The notes beneath the pieces were generated by a model. That model was not told the DNA's origin. It did no database searches and worked only from the letters and a program-made list of their open reading frames with translations. DNA of 56,687 nucleotides from Thermoplasmata archaeon (GTDB lineage: Archaea > Thermoplasmatota > E2 > JACPAO01 > JAHFTW01), in contig JAXDQS010000011.1 of assembly GCA_034667725.1 (NCBI GenBank), forward strand, positions 1-56,687, written 5' to 3'. Positions 17,064 through 25,513 of this stretch are shown here, piece after piece; the stretch's first letter is position 1, and every line of letters starts with the position of its first letter. Both the position numbers and the translations under genes were made by a program.

Positions 17064-18524
17064 TTACTGCAAGTCGTCGCGGGTCAGGATTTCCACGGTG
17101 TCGGGCACCTTGGTGACGTTGCCCATCTTGACGCCGACGACGGTCGCGATCTTCTTCTCGGACGCGATGTCCAGCAGGCGCTGGGTGATGACGCCGTCGA
17201 ACACGACCGCGTGCACGCCGTCCTTGGAGCCCTTGAGGGTGTCGGCCAGCTCGCGCACGGCCAGCTCGCCCTGGAGGGTCTTGCCGGTGTCGTCCAGCAG
17301 GACCGCCTTCAGGGAACCCGACAGGTCGCCCAGGATCTGCTTGAACTGGACGCGGGGGTCGCCCTCGCGCGGCGCGGTGGTCGCCACCGGCTCGGTCGCC
17401 TCGGCGCCCTCGCCTTCGGCGGCGCCCTCGTCGCCCTCGCGGCCACGGCCGCGTCCGCGCCCGCGGCCACGGCCGCCGCGGCGGTCGTCGTCGCGGCCGC
17501 CCTCGCGCTCCTGGCGGGGCTCGCGCTCGGCGCGCTCGGGGCGGGCCGCGCCCTCGGGCTCGCGGGCCGGGCGCTCGCCGCGGTGCTCGCGGCCTTCGCC
17601 GCGGCCGCCGTCGCGGCCGTCGCGGCCGCCCTCGCGGCGCTCGCCGCCGGACTGGCGGGGCGACTCGGCGCCCTCGGCCGGCTTCTTGAGGACGATGCCC
17701 ATCTGGGAGGTGAACTGCTCGGCGGTGACCTTGTTCTTGAGGCACTTCATGACGAGCTTGTGGGGGAGCTCCTCGACCTCGCGGGTGGGCGGGGCGCGGG
17801 CGACGAAGTCGACCTCGCAGGTCTGGAGGATCTCCTTGGCGATGAGCTCGCCGCCGCGGTCGCCGTCGACGAAGATGATGGTGGTCTTCTCCTTCGTCAG
17901 CTCCTTGATCTCCTCGGGGATGTTGGTGCCCTCGACGGCAACAGCGTTCTTGATGCCGCACTTGAGGAGGTTGACGACGTCGTTGCGGCCCTCGACCAGG
18001 ATGACGGAGTCGCTGGAGTCGACGTTGGGGCCGGCGGGCAGCTTGGTGTTGCGGAACTTCGTGACCTCGGCGACCTGGACGGCGGCGCGGACCTCGTCGG
18101 CGATCTTCGAGGAGTCCTGGCCGGACGACTCGTTGATGGTGGCCAAGAGCTCCTTGGCGCGGTCGATGACCGACTTGCGGCGGGCCTCGCGGGTGTCCTC
18201 GAGGGCCGTGACGCGGATGGTCGCCTTGCAGGGGCCGATGCGGTCGATGGTCTCGATGCCGGCGGCCAGGATGGCCGACTCGACCTTGTCCAGGGCGGAC
18301 GGGAGCAGGATGGTGCCGGAGGTCTTGCCGCCGCGGGTCTCGACGTCGACCTCGACGCGGCCGATGCGGGCGGACTTCTGGAGGTCGCGCAGGTCGAGCT
18401 CGTTGCCGAGCAGGCCCTCGGTCTGGCCGAAGACGGCGCCGATGATGTCGGGCTTCTCGACCACGCCGTCGGCTTGGACGGTGGCGCGGATCAGGTACTT
18501 GGTTGTGCTAGGGTCAACGACCAT
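17064..18524 (-). CDS. dnaG: archaeal DnaG (primase-like, exosome-associated)
   Basis: GVVEKPDIIGAVFGQTEGLLG, LQKSARIGR, TOPRIM VEGRNDV and DGDRGG, FDGVITQRLLD. Confidence 0.97.
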   Translation of the reverse strand: MVVDPSTTKYLIRATVQADGVVEKPDIIGAVFGQTEGLLGNELDLRDLQKSARIGRVEVDVETRGGKTSGTILLPSALDKVESAILAAGIETIDRIGPCKATIRVTALEDTREARRKSVIDRAKELLATINESSGQDSSKIADEVRAAVQVAEVTKFRNTKLPAGPNVDSSDSVILVEGRNDVVNLLKCGIKNAVAVEGTNIPEEIKELTKEKTTIIFVDGDRGGELIAKEILQTCEVDFVARAPPTREVEELPHKLVMKCLKNKVTAEQFTSQMGIVLKKPAEGAESPRQSGGERREGGRDGRDGGRGEGREHRGERPAREPEGAARPERAEREPRQEREGGRDDDRRGGRGRGRGRGRGREGDEGAAEGEGAEATEPVATTAPREGDPRVQFKQILGDLSGSLKAVLLDDTGKTLQGELAVRELADTLKGSKDGVHAVVFDGVITQRLLDIASEKKIATVVGVKMGNVTKVPDTVEILTRDDLQ

Positions 18525-18719
18525 GGAAATCAGGTTCCGTGGAGGCTGGACTGCCTGGGTTCACGCGGCGCCCACGAGGTGGGCCTGGCGCTTGCCGTCC
18601 AAACGGGGAGGGCGGCGCCGGGAGGGCAAGACCAGCTTGCCGAAGGAACGTGAGGGAATGGCCGGTTCTGGCCAAGAGACACCCAGGGGGTCCGTCTCCA
18701 TTCCATCGGAACCCATGGT
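18520..18719 (-). promoter_or_regulatory. candidate structured 5' leader of dnaG
   Basis: Nested complementary blocks GGTTCCG/CGGAACC, TGGAG/CTCCA, GGAC/GTCC, CCTGGGT/ACCCAGG plus internal hairpins; TTTAAG box at 18723-18728. Confidence 0.55.
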
Positions 18720-18764
18720 CGGCTTAAACGTTCCCAACCGGCCGCACCCAGGAGGGCAACAGGG

Positions 18765-19892
18765 TCAGGCGGCGCCCGGCGTCCCGGTCCTCGGGTCGTC
18801 CACCTTCAGCAGCCGCTCGACCTCCTGCTCGATGCCCTTTGCCTCGTCCTCCGCCAGGCCCAGTTCGGCGCGCAGCCGGTGCAGGAACGCCCATTCGCGG
18901 TCGGTGACGGCGGCGTCCCGCAGCACATGGGCGACCTGGGCGTGGTAGACCTCGCGGGCGCGGCGCCGGGCGTACGCCTCGGGGCCCACGGCGGCGTCGG
19001 GGAACAGCTTGTCGGTGACGCGGGCGGCCAGTTTCTCCACGGGCTTGAACAGCAGCATCCCCGCCAGCCCGGTCAGCACGGCGGTGCCGTCCTTGCCCGC
19101 GAACGCGAACAGGCGGTCCTGGAGGACGTAGTTGGAGACGTAGGTCGAGAGCAGGAACAGCACGGCGCCGGCCACGAACGTCATGGCCGCGTACTTGACG
19201 CCGCCCTTGACCTTGAGCTCGAACCCCAGGAGGCGGTACTTGAGCAGGGCATACGCCACCGCCAGGCAGGCTAGCAGTTCCAGCGCGGGCGAGACGTAGG
19301 CGACCAGGACCCGCTCGGTGGCGGTGTCGGGCGCGACCAGGGCCAGGCCCACCAGCGTCCATGTCAGCGCGAACGAGGGCAGCATCCCCAGCAGCAGGAT
19401 CCCGGTCTGGCGGCGCTCCAGCGGGTCCTCGGTCTGGCGGCGGCCGCGGGCCAGCATCGCCGTCGCCCACAGGGTGCAGGCCACCGCGAACAGCCCGAAC
19501 GCCTGCGCCACCGCGGCGTAGGAGGGGCGCACGGGGCCGAACAGCAGGAGGGCGAACAGCGCGCTCACGCCCAGCGGCGCCCAGGCCAGCCACGCCCATC
19601 GTCCCGCCATGGGGCGGGGGAACGCCCGCACGAACCGCACCAGCACGGCCGGCATCGCAAGGCCGCACAGCAGGCCGATGAGTCCCCACGCGTGCGCGTC
19701 CGGGAACAGGACCGCCTGGGCGTGCAGGCCGTCGGCGACGCCCGCCAGCCCCTCGGCAAGGCTCTTGGTGCCGGACAGGAGGTAGAGCACCGCGAACGCC
19801 CGGTGGGCGGACCGGTCGGCGCCGTGGCGCAGCACCAGCGCCGCCACGGCCCAGAGCGCGAGGCCGACCGCGACGGGCAGGACGCCTTCCAT
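18765..19892 (-). CDS. polytopic membrane protein (7TM sensor-like) with short cytoplasmic helical tail
   Basis: About 9 hydrophobic segments, YALLKYRL motif, C-terminal 'DAAVTDRE..FL..LRAELGL' helical domain. Confidence 0.75.
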   Translation of the reverse strand: MEGVLPVAVGLALWAVAALVLRHGADRSAHRAFAVLYLLSGTKSLAEGLAGVADGLHAQAVLFPDAHAWGLIGLLCGLAMPAVLVRFVRAFPRPMAGRWAWLAWAPLGVSALFALLLFGPVRPSYAAVAQAFGLFAVACTLWATAMLARGRRQTEDPLERRQTGILLLGMLPSFALTWTLVGLALVAPDTATERVLVAYVSPALELLACLAVAYALLKYRLLGFELKVKGGVKYAAMTFVAGAVLFLLSTYVSNYVLQDRLFAFAGKDGTAVLTGLAGMLLFKPVEKLAARVTDKLFPDAAVGPEAYARRRAREVYHAQVAHVLRDAAVTDREWAFLHRLRAELGLAEDEAKGIEQEVERLLKVDDPRTGTPGAA

Positions 19893-19907
19893 CCGCGGCC
19901 TGCCGCG

Positions 19908-21080
19908 CTACGCCTGCCGGCGGCGCAAGGCTAGCGCGAGGGCGGCCAGCAGCGCGCCGGCCGCGACCCAGGGCGCAAGCGGCGTGTCGGCGTGCTCGCC
20001 GCCGCTGGGCGCCGTGGTGGGGTCCTCGATGGCGAGGGCGTAGCTGCTGAAGTGCTCGAACCGGAGCGCCACGAACACCTGGCCGCCGGCCGTGCTGGTG
20101 ACGACGGCGTCGCGCGCCTCGTCCACCAGGGCCTCGGCGTTGGCCGCGCGCGGCAGCGCCTCGCCGTCCAAGAGGACGCGGAGCTGGTCGGCGCGCTCGG
20201 CCGGGAAGGTGCCGGCGTCGAACACCAGCGTCACGAGCTTGCCGGCGTGCTCCTCGGAGCCGATGGTGAGCTCGACGGTGCCGTTCCCGATGGCCGTCGG
20301 GGTCGCCTCGACCTCGCCGCCGTCGGTCTCCTGCAGCGCCTCGCCGCCGCCGTCGACGATGCGGACGGTGGCGCCCATCAGGCCCTTGGTGATGGCGCGG
20401 TTCTCGGCGTGCAGCAGCGTGCCGTCCATCTTGCCGGGGTGGGCGCGGAACATCGCCATGCCGCCGGGCTGGAGGGTCACGGTGACGGTGCCGTTGCCGG
20501 CCACCAGGGTGCCGTTGTGCGCCAGGACGTGGCCGTGGATGCCGCCGGCGTTGACGCGGGCCTCCTGCTTGCCGGTGGCGGTCGCGTTGGCCCCGCCGGC
20601 CAGGGTGAAGGTGACGGTGGCGCCGCCGTCGGCGTGCAGCTGGAGCTGCGCCGTCGGGTTGTTGTGCAGCATCCCCGAGACCGCGTCGCCCGGCATGTGC
20701 AGGACCGAGCCCAAGACCTCGCCTTCGACCGGGCTGCCCCAGGCGATGGCGGAGAAGAACGGGATGGAGGCGTTGCCGTCGTGGACCGTGAAGGCGTGCA
20801 GCGTGTCGGCCGCCAGGTGGGCCGTGACGAACCGCCCGGCGACGTTGCCGGCGGCGTCCAAGGTGAGCTTTGCGAACAGGCCGCGCTCCTCGGCGCGCGC
20901 CATGCCCTTCTCGCGGGCCGCCGGGCTGGTGGCGTTCCACTTCAGGTGGGCGTTCTCCAGGTGGGCCTTGCCCTTGCCATGCTCGGCGCGCTCGTCGGCG
21001 CCCCGGGCGTGGTCGGAGGCCGCCAGCACGGCGGCGGAGGCAACGAGGAGGGTGGCGGCGGCCAAGGCGAGCAAACGCAT
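19908..21080 (-). CDS. secreted surface protein with C-terminal anchor
   Basis: MRLLALAA signal peptide, late FEHFS motif, TPLAPW + TM + RRR tail. Confidence 0.75.
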   Translation of the reverse strand: MRLLALAAATLLVASAAVLAASDHARGADERAEHGKGKAHLENAHLKWNATSPAAREKGMARAEERGLFAKLTLDAAGNVAGRFVTAHLAADTLHAFTVHDGNASIPFFSAIAWGSPVEGEVLGSVLHMPGDAVSGMLHNNPTAQLQLHADGGATVTFTLAGGANATATGKQEARVNAGGIHGHVLAHNGTLVAGNGTVTVTLQPGGMAMFRAHPGKMDGTLLHAENRAITKGLMGATVRIVDGGGEALQETDGGEVEATPTAIGNGTVELTIGSEEHAGKLVTLVFDAGTFPAERADQLRVLLDGEALPRAANAEALVDEARDAVVTSTAGGQVFVALRFEHFSSYALAIEDPTTAPSGGEHADTPLAPWVAAGALLAALALALRRRQA

Positions 21081-21299
21081 CGGGCAGGCGACAGGGGGCC
21101 GGCTTGAAAACCGCGCGGCCCCGCCAGGACGAAACTGGCTGCCATGGGGCCTGGCAGGAACGCCGGACCCCATGGCAGCCGAACCGACCACCAACAAAGA
21201 GAAACCGCAGGAGCTATTTCATCTTGGCCAGGCGCCACCTTGCGGCAGGCCCGGCGCGACGGAAGCTTCATCCCGACCCCCCCAGTCGGCCGCGCGTCC

Positions 21300-21941
21300 A
21301 TGGCTGCCCAGAACGTCACCCCGACGCGCTCTGAGCTCATCAACGTCAAGCGCAAGATCGCGCTGTCGAAGTCGGGCTACAACCTGCTGAAGAAGAAGCG
21401 GGACGGCCTGATGTACGAGATCTTCGCCATCCTGCCGAAGGTCAAGTCGATCCGCAGCGACCTGGTCCAGCGGTACGCCGCCGCCCAGCAGTCCATCCAG
21501 GTGGCCGCCGCCGTCGAGGGCGCCATCACCGTCCGCAGCGTCGCCATGACCGCCGCGAACCCGCCCAAGGTGACCCTGAAGGAGCACAACATCATGGGCG
21601 TCCGGGTCCCCAAGATCTCGGCCACCAGCGTCCGCCACCCCCTGTCGGAGCGCGGCTACGGCCTCATCGGCACCTCCCCTGCAATCGACGACGCCGTCGG
21701 CTCCTACGAGGCCTTGGTCGAGCAGCTCCTGTTGGCCGCCGAGCTGGAGACCGCCATCAAGCGCCTGTTGGACGAGGTCGAGAAGACCAAGCGCCGCGTC
21801 AACGCCTTGGAGTTCAAGGTGCTGCCCGAGCTGGACGAGATCAAGAAGTTCATCGCGCTGCGCCTGGAAGAAATGGAGCGCGAGTCGCTCTTCACCATGA
21901 AGCGCATCAAGGGCAAGGCCAAGGCGAAGGCAAACGCTTGA
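21300..21941 (+). CDS. atpD: A/V-type ATP synthase subunit D (stand-alone)
   Basis: PTRSEL, GYNLLKKKRDGL, NIMGVRVP, KTKRRVNALE, LEEMERE. Confidence 0.95.
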   Translation: MAAQNVTPTRSELINVKRKIALSKSGYNLLKKKRDGLMYEIFAILPKVKSIRSDLVQRYAAAQQSIQVAAAVEGAITVRSVAMTAANPPKVTLKEHNIMGVRVPKISATSVRHPLSERGYGLIGTSPAIDDAVGSYEALVEQLLLAAELETAIKRLLDEVEKTKRRVNALEFKVLPELDEIKKFIALRLEEMERESLFTMKRIKGKAKAKANA

Positions 21942-21956
21942 GCCACGTCCCGCGCC

Positions 21957-22175
21957 CTGGCGAGGACGACCGGGGGCGGCCGGTTCGCGAAGCATGAGGT
22001 CCATGGCAAGCCGCTCGTCTGCCCCGTCTGCCAAGGCCGGCGGTTCGAATCCCGCCGCGGCGTCATGGACACCCGCGGCTTGACGTTCCTGGGCTATTCC
22101 TGGCTGAACCGCGGCTGCACGGAGTACGTCTGCGAGGGCTGCAACTACGTCATGACCTTCGCGGACCCGACGTAG
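21957..22175 (+). CDS. small zinc-ribbon protein without a canonical start codon
   Basis: Manual translation: ...GKPLVCPVCQGRRFESRRGVMDTRGLTFLGYSWLNRGCTEYVCEGCNYVMTF; in frame with atpD; only CTG (21957) precedes the first CxxC. Confidence 0.65.
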   Translation: MARTTGGGRFAKHEVHGKPLVCPVCQGRRFESRRGVMDTRGLTFLGYSWLNRGCTEYVCEGCNYVMTFADPT

Positions 22176-22232
22176 CCGCGAAAGGCGTGGTCTTGGCTTC
22201 AGCCTGAGCCACGGCCGGCACGAGCCCCCGCC

Positions 22233-22646
22233 CTATTCCGTCGCGAACGCCCCGCCGGGGTCCCGGGTCACGCCGTCCCAGTGGGCCACGACCGCGCCGG
22301 CCTGGTCGAAGGCGACCACGGTGCGCCGCTCGGGGTGCGCTTCGACCTCCGGAAGGGTCTGCCACTTGCCGTCCCACGCCGCCTGGAGCGTCCACGCGTC
22401 GCCCCCGTCCACGACTTGGCAGGTGTCGCCTGCTTCGTGCGCCCCGTCCTCGTAGGCCGTGCAGGAGCGCGGGGGCGGGGCGGCCGCGACGGGCTTCAGC
22501 TCGAAGGTCTCGTCGGCGGCGTGGGTCTTGGTCCCCGCGATGGCGGTCAGGGCGACGCCGTCCTGCCAGTCGTCCGGGCGCGACGGGCCGCGGTGGCCGC
22601 AGCCGGCCAGGAGCAGGAGGGCGGTGGCGAGGGCGAGGACGCGCAT
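22233..22646 (-). CDS. hypothetical lipoprotein
   Basis: MRVLALATALLLLAGC lipobox. Confidence 0.7.
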   Translation of the reverse strand: MRVLALATALLLLAGCGHRGPSRPDDWQDGVALTAIAGTKTHAADETFELKPVAAAPPPRSCTAYEDGAHEAGDTCQVVDGGDAWTLQAAWDGKWQTLPEVEAHPERRTVVAFDQAGAVVAHWDGVTRDPGGAFATE

Positions 22647-22650
22647 CGCC

Positions 22651-24093
22651 TCAGGCCTGCGGAGCCGTGAACCGGATCGCGGCGACCCCTTGCGTCTCGT
22701 CGGCCGAGTAGACCACGCCGTTGCGCACCGCGACGTCGAACACCATGGGCGCGCCGTTGAGGTCGAAGCCGATGCAGCAGCCTTCGGGCGCCTGGACGGC
22801 GTCCTCCAGGACCGGCATGGCGTAGCCGAACGCCGTCGGCTCGCGCTGGGCGGCCGGGGTCCGGAGGTCGATGGCCCAGACGCCGCCGTGGTAGTGGCTG
22901 ACGTAGAGCAGGCCGCCCTCGAGGCGGAAGAAGTGGACGGACAGGCCGAGGTTGCCGGCGGGGGCATCGCTGGGGTTTCGCCAGGTGCCGAGGAGCACCG
23001 GGTCGGGGCCGAGGCCAGGGAGGCCGGTGCCGGCGGGGCCGCCGATGGTGGCGGTGGCGTCGAGCACCCAGAGCGGGCTGGCGATGCCCTGGTTCTCGGG
23101 CTCGAAGGTCTCGGCGCCGACGACGGCGAGCAGGGTGCCGTCCTGCTGGCGCTCGACCTCGACGCTGTGGGTGTAGTGCTTGTGCGCGGTGTCGGCGGGC
23201 GGCATCCAGCGGCCGATGGTGGTGGGCGCGGACGGGACCGTGACGTCGACGACCTTGAAGCCGTCGTAGGCGTAGGCGACGAACAGCAGGCTGCGGCCGC
23301 CTTCCTGGAGGTCGTTGTAGAACGTCATGTCATGGCCGTAGAGGCTGCGAAGGGCGTACCTGTCGGGGCCGGTCTGGGAGCCGGGGGCGTCCAGGAACGC
23401 GAGCTGGTCGGCGGTGAGGTACTTGCCGACGAGGACGAGCCGGTCGCCGTCGTCGCGCAGGATGTTGACGCCCAAGGCGAGGGAGAAGACGTAGCGCTCC
23501 CCGGCGATGGTGCCGGCGGCGACGGTGTGGCTGCCGTAGTCCTGCGGGTCGCTCCAGAAGGCCCGTTCGCGGGGGTTGCGCGGGTCGCTGACGTCGATGG
23601 CCGCCACGCCGACCTTGGTGGCCTCGTAGCCGAGGTACACGGTCTTGCCGTCGTCGCTGAAGGCGATGGTGCGGTCGCCGCCGACGGGCTCCGCGGAGTC
23701 GTAGTAGGCCAGGTGCTCCAGCGTGCCGTTGGCGGTGGAGAACAGGTGGAAGCCCTGCTGGCCGTCGTCGGTCTCGCCGGCGTTGACGCCGACCGCGAGC
23801 AGGTCGCCCGCGACGTCCACGGCGTGGGCCCCGACGACGCGGCCGTCGCCCCAGCCGAACTCCCGCAGGTTGTGGTGCGCCAGCAGCTCGGCGCCGCACG
23901 CCGCGCGGTGCTGGGCCGGGTCGCGGTGGTCGTGGTCGCCGCCGTGCGGGATGGCCTGCTCCTGCGGCAGGCAGGGGCCTAGCGTGAACGCCGGCGCCGC
24001 CTCCTCTTGGCCGGGGCCCGGCGGGGTGGGGGTCACGCAGCCGGCCAGGACGGCCAGCGCCAGAAGGGCAGACAGGGCGGAGGAACGCCTCAT
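22651..24093 (-). CDS. LVIVD-repeat (beta-propeller) lipoprotein
   Basis: LAGC lipobox; AIDVSDPRNP, FVAYAYDGFKVVDVTVPSAP, YVSHYHGGVWAIDL repeats. Confidence 0.8.
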   Translation of the reverse strand: MRRSSALSALLALAVLAGCVTPTPPGPGQEEAAPAFTLGPCLPQEQAIPHGGDHDHRDPAQHRAACGAELLAHHNLREFGWGDGRVVGAHAVDVAGDLLAVGVNAGETDDGQQGFHLFSTANGTLEHLAYYDSAEPVGGDRTIAFSDDGKTVYLGYEATKVGVAAIDVSDPRNPRERAFWSDPQDYGSHTVAAGTIAGERYVFSLALGVNILRDDGDRLVLVGKYLTADQLAFLDAPGSQTGPDRYALRSLYGHDMTFYNDLQEGGRSLLFVAYAYDGFKVVDVTVPSAPTTIGRWMPPADTAHKHYTHSVEVERQQDGTLLAVVGAETFEPENQGIASPLWVLDATATIGGPAGTGLPGLGPDPVLLGTWRNPSDAPAGNLGLSVHFFRLEGGLLYVSHYHGGVWAIDLRTPAAQREPTAFGYAMPVLEDAVQAPEGCCIGFDLNGAPMVFDVAVRNGVVYSADETQGVAAIRFTAPQA

Positions 24094-25499
24094 GCCGGCG
24101 CGAGTCCAGGGTCGCCACGAAGACTTTGTGGTGAGCGGCGGGCCGCCAGCACCAGCATCAGGCAGCCAAGGGCGGCGACCGCGGCCGCGAACAGGTAGCT
24201 CCAGCGGTAGTCGGCGGCGCGCAGCAGCACGAAGGCCGACAGCGCTCCCAGCAAGGTCCCGGCGCCCACGGCGGCGTGGTAGGTCCCGACGCCTTGCCCC
24301 CGCCCGCCCGGATGGACCTCCGCCAGCAGCACCGGGCCGTTGACCTGGATCAAGGCGAAGCTGAGGCCCATGAGGCCATGCAGCAGCAGGATGGCCGGGT
24401 AGCCCGCCGCGCCCCAGAAGGCCACGGTCAGGCACAGCAAGGGCAGCGCGCCGGTGCGCAGGTAGGCCCCCGCCAGCACGCCACGGGCCTCGCCGATGCG
24501 GGCCCCCCAGCGCCCGGCGTGCGGGTAGGTGATCGGGGTCACCAGGTTGCTCGGGAACTGCGCGAGCAGCACCAGACCGGCCGGCAGCAGCAGGTGCTCC
24601 GCCAGGATGCCGGTGTAGCTCGCGAAGAAGCACACCGAGCCCATGAAGGTGAGCGCGTAGCCGATGGGCCACAGGCGATGCTGCGGCGTGAGCGCGCCCC
24701 GGATCCCCGCGAACGTCGGGCCGTGCCGCAGCCGGCCCAGGAAGAACACCGGCCGCTCGAACCGCCGCGCCGACGCCTGGATGAGGCGGGTGTCGAAGCC
24801 GGCCTCGTGCGGCAGCGGCGGCTGCCACGGCGGCACCAGGCGGGCGGCGGCCAGGGCGGCCCCCAGCGACAGCACGGCCGCCACCGCGAAGTTGGCGGAG
24901 AAGTGCGGGAACCCGACGAACCCGAGGTCGGCCACCGCCGCCCCCCAGCCCCCGGCCGCCCGCCAGTAGTCGCCCGGCATCGCGACCAGGATGGACGCGG
25001 CCATGCCCGTCAGGTAGGCGAACCCCGTGCGGCGCGACAGCGCGCCGGTGGTCCGGCCCCAGCGGGCGCGCGGCACCTTCTGGAGCACCATCGTGGAGGC
25101 GGCCGGGCTGGTGGCGACGCCGAACGCGGTGTAGGAGACGGCGGCCAGGACGAACAGCCAATAGTCGGGCAGGGTCGCGAGCACGAGCATCGAGGCGGCC
25201 GCCACCGCGAAGCCGGCCACCACGAGCGGGCGCCGCCGGATGCCGCGGTCCATCAGGGCCCCCCACAGGAACGTGGCCGGCACGCTCGCAAGGTTCTGCG
25301 CCGCCGTCGTCAGCGCCAGCACCCAGACGGGCATGTCGTAGTGCAGCACGATCGCCAAGGGGATGAGGGCGCTCGACAGGCCGTCGCCGAGGCGGAAGGT
25401 GACGTAGGCCCACGTCCACGCGGGAAGCGCGATGCGGCCGTGGGGCTCCGCCACGCGCGCGCCGACCCGCGCCACACCAAAAGCCCCTTTGCCGCGCAT
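24090..25499 (-). CDS. MFS transporter (start uncertain)
   Basis: About 12 TM helices, WGALMDRGIRRR motif A, second motif GRWGARIGE. Confidence 0.85.
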   Translation of the reverse strand: MRGKGAFGVARVGARVAEPHGRIALPAWTWAYVTFRLGDGLSSALIPLAIVLHYDMPVWVLALTTAAQNLASVPATFLWGALMDRGIRRRPLVVAGFAVAAASMLVLATLPDYWLFVLAAVSYTAFGVATSPAASTMVLQKVPRARWGRTTGALSRRTGFAYLTGMAASILVAMPGDYWRAAGGWGAAVADLGFVGFPHFSANFAVAAVLSLGAALAAARLVPPWQPPLPHEAGFDTRLIQASARRFERPVFFLGRLRHGPTFAGIRGALTPQHRLWPIGYALTFMGSVCFFASYTGILAEHLLLPAGLVLLAQFPSNLVTPITYPHAGRWGARIGEARGVLAGAYLRTGALPLLCLTVAFWGAAGYPAILLLHGLMGLSFALIQVNGPVLLAEVHPGGRGQGVGTYHAAVGAGTLLGALSAFVLLRAADYRWSYLFAAAVAALGCLMLVLAARRSPQSLRGDPGLAPA

Positions 25500-25513
25500 C
25501 CCGTGGGACGAAC

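Noticed and set aside
16404-17116. Short ORFs over the structured region (e.g. 16447..16989)
   Set aside because: Atypical composition and no motifs; by-products of the hairpin sequence
21939-21941. Selenocysteine recoding of the atpD UGA
   Set aside because: The position is a linker rather than a catalytic site, and no archaeal SECIS or Sec machinery is evident
22037-22060. GGTTCGAATCCC tRNA T-loop-like motif
   Set aside because: The T-stem does not pair correctly, there is no cloverleaf, and it lies inside the zinc-ribbon coding frame
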